Below, in pieces: positions 25,311-38,572 of a stretch of 64,000 nt of DNA; the first letter of the stretch is position 1; each line of letters starts with the position of its first letter. Position numbers and translations under genes: made by a program. The notes below the pieces were generated by a model that searched no databases, had not been told where the DNA came from, and saw only the letters and a program-made list of their open reading frames with translations. Source of the stretch: Nageia nagi (taxonomy: Eukaryota; Plantae; Pinophyta); the NCBI GenBank assembly GCA_050084985.1, contig JBITNC010000002.1, forward strand, positions 12,896,001 to 12,960,000, read 5' to 3'.

Positions 25311-25879
25311 TGAATTTTTTGTTTTTAGTCTAATTCACTTGTATTCCACCAAGAGCTTATCTAGAACCAGTTGATGCAAGTAAAACCGCTTTAGTGAAGT
25401 TAGAACCGTTTCAAGAATTTGAAGTTAAAATGATTTGCCATATAGAAGTTGAAAAATAATTATTATTAATTAAAAATTAAAAATATTAGAGTGATAAGGT
25501 ATTTTAGTTTAAAATATTGATTATGTATATTGTATAATAGTATTTTTTAATTACTATTGTTATTTTAAAAAGAGAGAGGAGTGCTTGGTTGGTGGTATTC
25601 AACATTTTTTAAGAGAAGTTTAGATTAAGAGGGATTGATATAGTTTTTCTCATAAGATGGGCATTTGAGTTGAAAATGCTTTGAGTTGTCATAGGTGATT
25701 AGAGAATATGATGACTTGACTTCCAATAGACATAGTGAATTGCATATGCAATAACTTACTCTATTATACTTGACAATTGGAGCGACTTATGATCCATGCA
25801 ATATAGTAATATTAGGTGATTGCCATAAGGAATCTTTAGAGCACGCATAGAGAAAAGACAAGTTTTAAAATTGTGTGGG

Positions 25880-26324
25880 TAAAATGAAGACCTATACATG
25901 TGAATGGATGTGTTTGTCCCCATTCATAAGAAGAATAATTATGTGATATGTCAAAATTGTTGGTTGCAATCTACATATTACTAGATAGTCATAATGATAA
26001 ACTAGTTTTCTATGATTTGTATGCTAGTATATTGGTTTCATAGAGTGATTGGTTGTGTTTGTCCCCGATCACAATTGTTGAATATGATTGGTTTGTATAT
26101 CCCAATCACATGTCGTAAATAGTAGTGTATGTCCCTATTTATGACTTTGATTTTTGGATAAAATGTGTGTCCTTATCTAGATATATGTGATTGGTTGTGT
26201 GTGTCCCTAATCACACATAGGTTTATAGTAGTATGTTTCCTTATTCACAACTATAGTATTTGGATAGTGTGTGTGTCATTATCTAGTTGAAGTAGTGAAT
26301 TATGAATGGCTAATTATGTCTCTA
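25880..26324. repeat. Degenerate repeated GATTGGTTGTGTTTGTCCC motif region, probably part of an older LTR element interrupted by the copia
   Basis: About 8 variants of TGTGT(T/G)TGTCC(C/T); a similar motif resumes after the copia near 31470. Confidence 0.45.
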
Positions 26325-29300
26325 TGAAAAGTATTCTACTTTTATTAATATAAAAAATGAAATCATTACATATATAGGTTTTGGACAAACCCAAAAATAA
26401 ACTTTGTTAAATATAAACTCAAGTTGCATGATCACAACTTGTTACAATCCAATGCAAAATAACACTAAAATATCCTAAATCTATCCTATCATACTAGATG
26501 ATAACTAGGCAAAATATCAGCCCAAAATAGTAATAACAATGCTAAAAATGAGGACAAAAATGGTAGTCCCATATATGTTAAATTTAGCTTGCTAAGTTTT
26601 ATTTATAGGCATGATGCACCTCATGCTCAAGAGGCTAGGCACAGTGCACCTAGGACTAGGCATAATGCACCTAGGGTACAGTGTGTTAGGCATAGTATGC
26701 CTAGGTGTAGGCTCAATGTACCTATGAACAAAAAGTAGTAATTATCAAAAAAATAATACTTATACCTCTAGTAGCGAGACATGATTCCAACCTTCTCCCC
26801 CTTGATGTTGAGGGGACTTACTAACATGCTTTTTAGCTTTAGAAACTAAGTTTTAATAACTCCTTTGGTGAATATATTTGCAACATTTTTGAGGGTGTTA
26901 TAATGTTTCATTTTAATGATGTCCTTCTCCACCATATCCTAGATGAAGTGATACTTCATATCAAAATGTTTGGATCTACTATGATGGACTAGATTAAGTG
27001 CTAATTGGATGATAATTTAGTTTTCATGGAACAAAATAATGGGGCCACTTTGTTTCTCATTAAGTTCCTCTAGAACATTTTGTAACCATAATGCTTGGGC
27101 ACTAGTACTTTTGATTGCAATATACTTTACTTCAATAGATGAAATAGCAATAATGGTTTGCTTCTTTGCACTCCATGAGATGAGTCTAGAACTAAAGCTA
27201 AAATAATGTTCAGATGTAGACTCTCTATCATCCAAGTTACTCCCCCAATGAGATTCACTATAGCCACAAAGTTTTACCTCATCATGCTTGTAGTAGTGTA
27301 TGCCAAATTCTGATGTGCACATATCTCAAAATCATCTTGCTTACCTTCATGTGTTCTTCAGTAGGATCACTTGTGTACCTAGACACAAGTGAGATACCAT
27401 GAGCAATATCTGGCCTAATTTTGATGAGAAACATCAAGCTCCTAACTAGGCTTCTAAATAAGGTTACATCAACCTTCATCTTTACATACTAACTTATCAT
27501 GATATATTGGAGTGGAAAGTGTTTGGCATTCATCATACTAAACTTCTTTAACACGTCATTAGCATATTTGGATTGAAAAATGAAAATCTCACCTCTGCTT
27601 TGAGTTATCTTCATGCTAAGGAAATAGTGCATCAATCCAAGATCTTTCATCTCAAATTCTTGCATCATATATGTGTTGAAATTATCATTCAATTTTGTAC
27701 AACTTCCCATATAGATTATATCATCAACATACAAGCACACAAGTAAGATATTTTAATATTTATTCATGATGTAGAGAGTGGGATCACTCTTTCTCCTTAT
27801 GAAACCATAATGATGAAAATAATCATCAATCCTTGCATACCAAGCTCTTGTACCTTGCTTGAGACCATACAAGATCTTCTTTAACTTATACACAAGATTT
27901 TCACTCCCTTCTACTCAAAGCCTTTAAGTTGTTGCACATAGACCTCTTCATCCAAATATCCATTAAGGGTTGTACTTTTGATATTAATATGATTCACTAG
28001 CCAATCTTTATGGGTAGCTAAAGAAAGAACCAACTATATTATCTATTGTATTGCTACTAGAGAAAATGTCTCTTCATAATCGATGCTATACCATTGGGTG
28101 AAGCCCTTTACTACAAGAATTTTTTTGTATCTCTCATTGCTTCCATTAGCATTGTATTTGGTCTTATAGATCTATTTGCACCCAACATGATTCTTTCCTT
28201 TTGGAAGCTCCATAAGTTCTTGAATATTATTCCTATTGATGGAAGAAATCTCTTCACCCATAGCCTTCATCCACAAATCATTAGTGCAATCTTAATCATA
28301 GTTAGATGGCTCAATCTCTATACTAGTTACCAAATCATAGTTAACTACATCACCTTTGGGTTCATCATTATCTTCATCACCATACATATTCAAATTTTCA
28401 AACCTTTTTATAACTTGATAAAGTTCACTTCCTTGGCTCCTTATGAATCTCCTTGAGAAATTTTTATCCAACATTTGGTTGGATGGGTGTGCTTGAAGTA
28501 TTCTTTTACCTTGCTTTTCTTCTTATACCTTGAAAAGTGAAGATTTTTCTTTGTTGGTTTGATCTAAAGGCTACACTTTAGAGAATCTATCTTCAATGGA
28601 TTCATCATCACCAATTAGTTTTTCATGATCCCATTCTCCCCCTTCATTAAAACTTACATCTCTAGACACAACAATCTTATAATTTTTTCCATTATACAAC
28701 CTATACGCCTTTATTTTCTCATAATAACCAAAAAAAATATATGCTTGACTCTTAGGATCAAACTTTCTCCTATTTTCATTAGGAATGTGAGCATAAGCAA
28801 GACAACTGAAAACTCTAAAATGTTTAACATTAGGTTTTTTCTCATACCATACCTCATAAGTTGTTATGTCATCCAAGCTTGAATTTTTACTTATATTCAA
28901 GATGTATACTATTGTCCTTACTGCATCTACCTAATATATATTGCTCAAAACATTTTTTTAGAACATGCTCCTTTCCATCTCCACTATGGTTTGGTTCTTC
29001 CTCCTTGATACACAATTTTGTTATAGAGTATAGAGAGCTATGAGTTGCCTCTTTATTCCATAATCTTTGCAAAACTTAAGAAATTCATTATAGCAAAACT
29101 CTTCTCCTCTATCAATCCTTAAACAATTTACAACACATTCACTTTGCTTTTCCACATGAGTTTTTAAATCTTTAAAATAGTCAAAAGATTAATCCTTGGA
29201 AGTTAGCAAATAAATCCAACACATCCTTGTGTAATCATCTATTAAGGTAAGAAAGTAAGAGTTCTTACTAATACTTTGTGTTTACATGGGATCAAAAATA

Positions 29301-31404
29301 TGGGAATACACCAATTGGAGGGGATAGATAGCTGTCCAAGCTTGGCCTCTTGGAAACTTCATCTATGAGTGCTTTCCCAAAGCACATCCTTCACACACTA
29401 TCTTGTTTTCTTTAATCTTGGGAAGCCCATGAACCATTTATTGAGATCTCAACAATTTCAAACTTGCATAGCTTAGATGGCCATATCTCATATGCCAAAT
29501 TCAACTCTTGTTCTCCATAAATACATTTTCTAGTTTGTCATAATCTCCTCTAAAGTTAAGTGGAAATAATCTATTATTGGTAATTTGTACTATAGTGACC
29601 AGCCTATGACCATTGTTCTTATCATAGATTACATACTTTCCATCTTCAAAAATAAGCTTATAGTTCTTCTCCATAATTTGTTCGACACTTAAGAAATTAT
29701 GTTTGAGATTGAGAGTATAGTAGATGTTATTTACCTTCTTAGTGCCTTCTTTGGTGTTGACCTCCATGGTTCCCATGCCTTCCATAGATAATGTATTTTC
29801 ATCCCCAAGCTTTATCTTGGATTTGAAAGAGGTTTCCATTGAAGCAAGCAACTCTTCTTTTATGTTCATGTGATTAGAAGCCCTAGTATCAAGAATCCAT
29901 GTTTCATAGAGATTTTTATTTATCTTTCCATAAGATAAAAATAAATTGAAGGTATCATAATTAGAGGTCTTATCCTCTTCTCCACAATTGGCCACACTTG
30001 CTTCTTCTTAGGTGGCCTTAGCTCTACACTCCCATTCATAGTGCCGAAATTTATTATAGTTGTAATATTATTTATTTTTCTTATCTCCCCTTCCATTCAA
30101 GCCACCTCTTCCTCTTACATGGGAAGCTCATCTCCTTCCTCTTCCTCTTCTTCAACCTCCTCTATTGCAAAATCCTTCTCATCATCCATTACAACTGGTG
30201 ATTATGTAGATTCTTGGAGCCTCTCTTCATGGGACATCAAGGATCCAATGAGATGATCATAGGTGAGAGTAGATAGATATTTGTCCCCTTCAATTATGAT
30301 TGTTGCATCGTTCTAGTTGGGAAGAAGTATTCTCAACACTTTCTTCTTATATTGGAATTCAAAATCTCTTCTCCAAGGATCTTAATCTTATCCACACATG
30401 CTTTTACTCTCACATAGTAATCCCCCATTATCTTACTAGCTTGCATCTTGAGATTTTCAAAATCTCTTTTTGAGCATTTGTAACCTTAATTACTTCACTT
30501 GGGTGCTACCTTGATAGATCACTTTGAGTGCTCTTCATGCATCTTGGGATGAAGTGCATGAGGCAATGTAAGGGAAGATGCTCTTATCCAAGGTAGCTTG
30601 TAGATGATAAAGTGAAAAATTCTTCTTCTTTTGAGCCTCCTTCTTAACAATTTTATCATTGGTCAGAAGAGTACTCTAATCAGTTGGATCACTATATCCT
30701 TCTTCAACTACATCTTATAGCCTCTTTCCTATGAGTAATGTCTTCATATTAATAGATTAATACTCATAATCCTCTCCATGGAAGTCTACAATTGGTAGAA
30801 TATTATTATTTGCATCCATATTGCTTAAACATAGTAAAAAAATACTAGATTATAGTCTATTGAAAGAATAAAATAAATTCATATAATTACACCCACTAAC
30901 TCTAACCCAATAGATATCCCTAAGGCTCTGATGCCATAATAAGAACTATTCTACTTTCATTAATCTAAAACATGAAATCATTACATACATTGGTTTTGGA
31001 AAAACCCAAAAATAGACTATGCTAAATATAAACCCAAGTTGCATGATCATAACTTGTTACAATCCAATTCAAAAGTAAACAAAAACATTCCAAATCTATC
31101 CTATTATACTTGGAGATAACTGGATGAAACATCATCCCAAAATAGTAACAATAATGCTAAAAATAAGTACAAAAATGGTAATTTCATACATGCTAAATTT
31201 AGCTTACCAAGTTTTGTTTATAGGCATAGTGCCTGGTCCTTAGGAGACTAGGTATGGTGCACCTAGGGTTGGGTGTGATGCACCTAGGGCATAGTGTGCT
31301 AGATGTAGTGCATCTTGGTCTATGCATGGCACACCTATAAATAGAGAGAAGTAATTCTTCCAAATTTATACTTGGACCTCCAACAAAGAGCCAAGTTTCT
31401 AACA
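26325..31404 (-). mobile_element. Near full-length degenerate Ty1/copia retrotransposon; LTRs ~30940-31404 (5') and ~26325-26792 (3')
   Basis: Two ~465-bp homologous LTRs; PBS TGGCATCAGAGC at 30936-30925; PPT AAGGGGGAGAA at ~26803-26793; gag CCHC, protease WILDTRASNHM, integrase, RT LYVDD (ORF 27489-27740), RNase H (ORF 27017-27322) in copia order. No clean TSD. Confidence 0.95.
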
Positions 31405-32893
31405 CCTTTTCCATGGTCAAATGAAAAAATGTAGTGAAATGAGTTCCACTATTGCTCATCATGAATAGATGTTTAAGTCCTTATTCATACTTGGTATATT
31501 TATGAATAAGAATATATTCATCAAGTAGTTATTAGCACACTATCTCCATTTAGATATTGATGCAATAATGGGGAAGGATGTTAGGAATTATTATATCATA
31601 GGAGTCTCCTATTGCAATTATAGATATATTGTGTTAGTTTGTTATAACCCATGTTTATAAGTATCTAGTGAAATTTTGTTAGAAGTAAGAAGATAACCAA
31701 GTTGGTTGTATGATGTAACTATAAATATATGGAATCTATAATGAAATAATAATTGAAGTATTCTAGAATCCTCTTTTTTTATGTCATAATTTGAATATGT
31801 ATTATACGAAGCATTATGACCTTGTAGAAATAATATATTGTGTAAATAATTTTTGTATGGTACAATTTTATTTATTAATTCATGAAAATAGTTTAGGAAG
31901 AGTATCAAGAAAATTATATTTATATATCACATATATTTAAGGTACTTTCAAGGTGCATTGTAAATCTTTCTTTTAGTCAATATAATTATTTTCATTTTTT
32001 GGTTTTATTTATTGACTCGAGAGAATGGTATAAGAGTAACATGCTAGCATAAAAATATTTGTATGCTTTTTATAATATAGATATGATATATTATGTTATC
32101 TATCTTTTTTGTGAATGTTATTGACATATAATTTGACATCCTTTTCATGCCAAACTACATGTCACATAACTCTCACTACACTAAGATGAATATGATATTA
32201 TTTTATACTTCACATATTACTTATGATCCATTAAAGTTACTTCTCATGTGTAATGCTCTTATTTTGTATTTTGGACCACCAACATCGGTGCTAGCATGCA
32301 AAGGTGAATTAAGATACATTGCTAAACCTATAAAATAACAATTATATGCATGTAAAAATTATCAAGGTTTCATATTAATAGGATTGTACATCTCTCACAA
32401 ACTTACTCATGTTTCTTAACATTAGCTATCAGTATTGGAATATGTTACATCCTAGAGTTATCTATCATTATTTCACCATATATTGAAGGCTTGGTTCATA
32501 GATCCAAAAAATTATGAGATTCAAGGGGAAGGATCACTAATGCTAGGTCGCAAAGCATCCCAACATTAATGCTAACTAATAAAGGAGGTATGTAGGTATA
32601 TACCTACATTTTAACTATTTTTTTGTATCTCAATACATTCATACTAACATTTAATGATCATATAGGTAAGGTGCATGGGTGTTTATCATTTCCTCTCTCC
32701 TAGGTTTTTCAAGTTCTTCAATTTAGTTATATTGCTACTTTAATTATATTATTTCCTTTCCATTAGCTAATTATATTATTTCCTTTCCATTAGCTACTGA
32801 GTGATCCCAAGAATGTATGCACCTTTGTACTTTAATTAAGTAAATATAATTCCTTCATATGTAGTTTAGGGATACATTTGATCATCTATATAT

Positions 32894-33980
32894 TGGTGAA
32901 CCTCACGCTTTTAATATTATTGCAAATCTTAAATTAAGGTGTGCAAAAATTATTATTTATAATTTTTTATTCAAAACATCCTAACATTTTTGGATGAATT
33001 TAATCTTCAAAATCTTATGAGTATGAGAGAAATGATATAATCTCATAATACAACTTCCTTCCTTAAGAACTTAGCTAATGGCTTCGATAAGGATATCTTT
33101 GCTCGTAAATTCCAATTCTAAAGATAAGTGTAATCCTCTCAGCATTGAAATTTAAAATACCTTGATTAATTCAAAAAAGAAGATTAAATTTGAGAATTTT
33201 AATGGTGAAGGAGATCCAAATATTTATTTGTAAGGATTTAAGTATCTCAGGGATCTCAAATGTGGCATAAAAAATAAATTAAAATATAAGTATTTTTTGC
33301 TTAATCTCAGTTGTTAAGCTAGGAAATGGTTTTATATATTAGAACCAAGATAGGTTACATCATATAATCAATTGAGAAAATTATTCAAAATATATTTCAT
33401 ATGCAATGTTCATAAGGCTACACCATTGACAAATTTCATGAACTGCAAGTAAGGACCTTATCAAAAATTGGAAAGGTTTGTGCTAAGATATTAGAAAATA
33501 TAGAGATTATTGAATGCTTCCATAATTGAAAAATATATTATATAAGTCTTGTTATAAAGTATCAACCCTACCTTAAAGTGTGTTGCAATTGATTAAATGA
33601 ATCAACCATTCATTGAGATGATGTACATAGTTATATGAAAAGAAAAAAGCTTTAGTGGAATTAGTACAACTCAAATACACATCAACCAATAAATATTTTC
33701 CCAAGAAGATATATGCAAATAAGGAGGGTACCAAAGTTTGTGTTGCTAATATGAATACCACACCACCTCATAATCTAAAAATGTCAAAAATATTTATTCA
33801 ACTTCCTACTTGTCCTAGAAAACTATTTGATGATTGCATAGTAAAAGTCTTAATTGAAAAGGTTTAAGGGAAGGAATTGAAATATGAAGAAGAGAAGTCT
33901 AAGTGGTATAGACATGGTTCATATTATGGTTATCATCAATTCATGAGTCATTAGACTAATATTTGTGTAGATCTTGTTGA
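32894..33980 (+). mobile_element. Degenerate non-chromovirus (Tat/Ogre-like) gypsy 5' region: tRNA-Trp-type PBS and gag
   Basis: TGGTGAACCTCACG at 32894-32907 resembles the complement of the plant tRNA-Trp 3' end (TGGTGAACCCGACG); gag-like KFENFNGEGDP and ARKWFY. Confidence 0.6.
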
Positions 33981-33989
33981 GTATGGAGA

Positions 33990-34850
33990 CTAATTTGTGG
34001 GATAAGTTTGAATATCTATGAATCTATTTTTGATTGATCCTTAGAGGGTCGATCCAAGAGGGATTGACAAGCCGATTATCTAACCAATATATCGATCAAT
34101 GTTGGGGGTGTTTTAGGGGTTGGAGTGATAGTAGGTATTATAGAGGTCAATCAAGATGTCATAGTAGGCTCGATCCATGATGATCAACAAATAGAGAGCA
34201 TTAACTCAATTTTGAGAATTCAAAAATATGCCTCATCAAGCCATAATTTCATAGTTAAACTCATAGTATGAAGGTGGATAAGTGAATTTTGGCAATAATT
34301 ATGGAGCCAATATTGTAGGAAGAGGTAATGTTAAGCTTGGAGATGGGAAGATTAAATTAGAAGAAGTGTTATTTGTGGTTGGATTAAAATATAACCCGTT
34401 AAGTATGAACCAAACATGTCACAAAGGTAATGATGTTATCTTCAAAAGGAAAGGCTATGGAATTAAAAGGGTAAATAGGGCAAGCTAATAGTTTTTAGAA
34501 TAGGGATATCTAAAATTTTATATAGTCTAAAAAAAACCATAATGTGATCTTGTTTACTTGGTTAGGAGGATGTGAATTAGTTGTGGCATAATAGACTTTT
34601 CCATGTTAACTTCAACAATATTGTAAAACTAAGATCAAGGAAGGTAATAAGAGACATACCTAGCATATCAAAGCCATCAAATAATAATTGTTATCCATAC
34701 CAAAAGGGTAAGAAAACTAGAAAATATTTTAAATCTAAGGAACATTTTACTAAAAACCATTGGAGTTAGTAAATATTGATTTATGTGGGCCAATGAGAAC
34801 TTAGAATTTAAATAATCATAGATAATTTATGTTATGCATAGATGATTTTT
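33990..34850 (+). mobile_element. Ty1/copia pol fragment (protease, GAG-pre-integrase, start of integrase)
   Basis: ORF 34282 VNFGNN...VLFVVGLKYNPLS; ORF 34581 WHNRLFHVNF; LELVNIDLCGP; truncated at ~34850. Confidence 0.85.
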
Positions 34851-34864
34851 TATACAAATAGGGT

Positions 34865-35785
34865 AAATATATTATTAAAAAATACAAGAGAGGTTTTGAC
34901 AAGGATCCCAAAGCCTATTACAATGAAATACTCTCACTTCTATCCATTTCAAAAAAAAAGGATCAGATAATACACTATTAACTACTTACATATCACTTGA
35001 TTGTAGCTAAACTATAGCCACCCTATATACTAAAATAATAGCCATATAATTCAAGCCTAACACAATAAAATGGCTAGGTCCATCATATCAACAATAAAAT
35101 GACTAGTATCTACCTAAGCTACATTTGACCCTCCCTTAGTCTTTGTTGTATCTATGACTAAATCTCTCATTTTCTTCTTTTTCAAGATCTTCTTCCTAGT
35201 CTTTGGAGGGGCATGAGTTTTTGGTTTCCTTATGGATAAGGGTTTCACTAATGTTTTCTTTTTCTTTATGTAACTCTACTACCTCCCTTTGCATATGGTT
35301 CTTTATCTAGGTCCTTTGGATGGGTAGGTCTTACTACTTATTACATGTAGGTTACTCTACAATTGATGAAATCAATCAGTTCCTCTAGGTTGGGTGTATG
35401 CATTATCTAAATTGGCATTAGGGTAGGGCCCTCCACTATAGGATCAAGTTGAGCCTTTCCCTTCATTTTTCCTTTAGGATCAAAACCTTTGGGAAAATTA
35501 GTAGGATCCTCCCCCTTAATTAAGTCCTTGTATGGACCTTTCATATATAATTCAATAATTGAGGTATCCTTCTACTTTTAGGCTTCATTTTTTTGGGGAG
35601 GGTTTTTTACATCCTCAACCTCAACTATCTCTTCTTACAGTGCCACTACATCTTACTTCTAATATGAGTTGACCTACTATGGGAATCAGTCACATCTTCT
35701 CCCATGGTTTGGTGTTGAGGTGTTTCCTCCCCCTCCTCTTAGTCTAACTCCTATGGGTGGAAGTAAGAAGTTTGTTCCACTTAAA
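34865..35785 (-). mobile_element. LTR retrotransposon 3' end fragment (PPT and 3' LTR, preceded by a K/E-rich extra ORF remnant)
   Basis: Minus strand AAGGGAGGGTCAAA-TGTAGC at ~35139-35119 looks like a PPT-LTR junction. Confidence 0.45.
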
Positions 35786-36244
35786 GAGGAAGTGCAGAGT
35801 AAAAATTTGGGTCCAAAAAAATTAGAATACTGATATTAAACAAATTAGGATCCCAATTTTTTGAGATCTTGATCCTAAAAGATATTGAGATCCTGATATT
35901 GGTTTTTCACCTAAACCCATATTGGGATTGTAAAATATACAAATTTCAATATCATGATGCAAGCTATGGAACTTATTTTTGATCTTTGTGACCTACACCT
36001 CCCAGCAAGCTTTAAGCAATGGACTTGCATTTTTGGGATACCAATTTTAGTGTTCCTCTTACCCTCCTTTGCCTTTTTTTCACCCATAATTTTATAGGTA
36101 AATTAGAGAAACCATTTTCATTATTATTTTGGGTTTGTTTTGCTAAAATATCATACTTTTTTAGGTTTTTTATGCTAAAATATCATATGTATTTTTGCCA
36201 TTTTGTTTGTGATTTTTTTTATATTTTTTATAGAATTTAGTTTA

Positions 36245-36560
36245 AATATGATCATTAGACTTAGAAATATAACAAACATATATACTAAACACATAAACTA
36301 AATTCATAGGTTCTTGATACTAAAATAACTCATTAGACCCATAAAAGTTACAAACATAAATTCTAAACACATAAACTAGACATACCTCTTGATACTAAAG
36401 TGGCTAATTAAACTCAAAAATGTAACAAACATAGATGATAAACACATAAACTAAACACACCTCTTAATACTAAATTAGTTTATTAGACTCATAAATGTAA
36501 TGAACATAGACACAACATATAAATGAAACACGTCTCTTGATACATAATTGAACACAACTA
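36245..36560. repeat. ~4-copy ~75-80 bp minisatellite
   Basis: AAACATA..T.CTAAACACATAAACTA...CTCTTGATACTAAA recurs. Confidence 0.8.
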
Positions 36561-38572
36561 AAAGATAATCTGATAAGGCCACATTCTATGTGAAAACAAA
36601 TCCAATATAATCTTTATTTTTCCATCAACCAAGCCAATATCAGGTGTGTGATATACTTCCCAACAATTGATTAAAATTAATCCAAGAGTTTGTTGAACCC
36701 ATAGAATGATAAGATTCAATGGTGGAGAGCATTGATGTTCTTATATTTTAGAATATATCAAGCATACATGATTATGACATTGATATGGTTTGGATCTATA
36801 GAGAAAAAATACTAGAAAATATAACATAATTATAATTTTCCATATTCAAAATTGTATATTAATTTTAAATAATTATAAAGTTTCTAAAAGAAAGAGGATG
36901 TTGGGGGAATCCACCAAAAATATTTATTTCCATGAAAGACATTGGGAGTATATGTTTTAAAAAAGTGAAAAAAATCATTTATAGGAATCATTATCCCTAT
37001 TATAAATCTAGAAGAGATGTTTAATGTGTTCTACAAGAGTGATAAAATGGCAAAAATGGCTTATTATACTAAGATGTTTGAGGTAATTTCTTATTGGTAG
37101 CCCATGAAATATTAAAATCTTGATAAAGAATTATTAATTTGGTTCCAATTAAGATGTTAAAAGTATTTGAAATCATAAACTGTATATGAATTTAGGTGTT
37201 AAATCCCCACCTTTCATTTATTTTCTTAACATTGGGATATACGTGTCAAATTACCATCAACATTCCTCCCACTATGCTTTTTGAGAAAATAAAATACCAA
37301 TTTTTTGTAACATGATAATAAGTACATTCTCTTTTGTTACTTGAAATATCTTATTGTATGAATTAGCAAGTTTGAATGATAATTTCAAGGTCTCCTATGA
37401 TAACTAGTCCCTTATATGATGGAAACTTATTTTCATTTATATGAATACCTTCCTTATAAAATTTTGGGCATGTATATATGAAATTTAAGAAAATGGAACC
37501 TCTTGGAAGTTCAATACTATGGACAACCAAAAATTAGTAAGTTAAGAGATAGCTCATTTATTCAATTGATACTTATATGAAAGTTAGGGTCAAATGGCTA
37601 CTATAAATTTATCATTTATTCAATTGATACTTAGGGGTGATTATGGGAAACTTATAAGAGGAAACTAGAATAGTTCAAAAGTTGAGAGTAGGTAATTGAT
37701 AGAGAAACACTAGGTGTACTACATGTAGTTGATATGTCAATAAAAGTTGAAAAGCTAGGAGAAACTAATAAGTTAGGAGTAATTGGGTGGACCTTAGAGC
37801 AATGGCTTTCATGTAGGCCCATCTACATCAAAAATACTAAAATCATAAAAACTACCACATACATAAAAAATTTACATTTTATTTCTTTATCCTTTTCATA
37901 ATATTCATCAATCAATTGTAATACCTATTATATGTATAAAAACTTTTCAATACATAATTATCATTAAAATTTTAGGTACATTAAAATTGGATGAGTTTTA
38001 TTTGTTTAAATTAGATGAACTTAACATTATCTTGGTGGTGGTGGTTTGACTTGTGGTTTTATAAGATAATATGATGATGATTATCTGTCTTCCCCTTTAA
38101 GAAGTGATTTGATAGGGAAGAGGAAAGAACTAGCCTCTATAATGTTTCTTGATAAAAGAGATTTGGAAATTAAAAACATGAAAGTAAATATATTAGTGAA
38201 GGGGATAAGCATAGGAGAGAAATCAAATTTATGGATCATAACAAGAAGAAAAATAACTAATAATTAGGCATATGATAGACTTTTCTTAAATATTTTTACT
38301 TAAATAAATAATTGTTAGGAATATATGCTTCTACCTCCTATTGTTTTGCTTTTCACTTTAGTGTAATAACTAACTTTGGATTTAATTATAGTCCTTTAAG
38401 TTGAATATGTATAGTATGCATCTTCTTATATATATATATATGATAGTTGTTTAGTTAAACATGTGATATCTAATTTATAAGTAATGCACTTTATTCGATT
38501 ATTATCTAATTTAAATTGAGTTTATTTATATTCATATGTAATATCTAATATTTGTAGGTACCTTTTTATTAT

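Larger units (their letters stand above)
21050..25460. repeat. Segmental duplication unit B containing MIR529 locus b (paralog ~1900-5830)
   Basis: Same colinear blocks as unit A, with extra segments at ~21671-21982 and ~22790-23335. Confidence 0.92.

Noticed and set aside
25880-26324. CRISPR-like repeat-spacer array
   Set aside because: Eukaryotic context, degenerate repeats, irregular and mutually similar spacers, no cas genes.
35780-35790. Target-site duplication for the Sola2-like element
   Set aside because: Left flank (TTAAA) and right flank (ATATG) do not match and seem to belong to different repeats, so the boundaries remain inferred.
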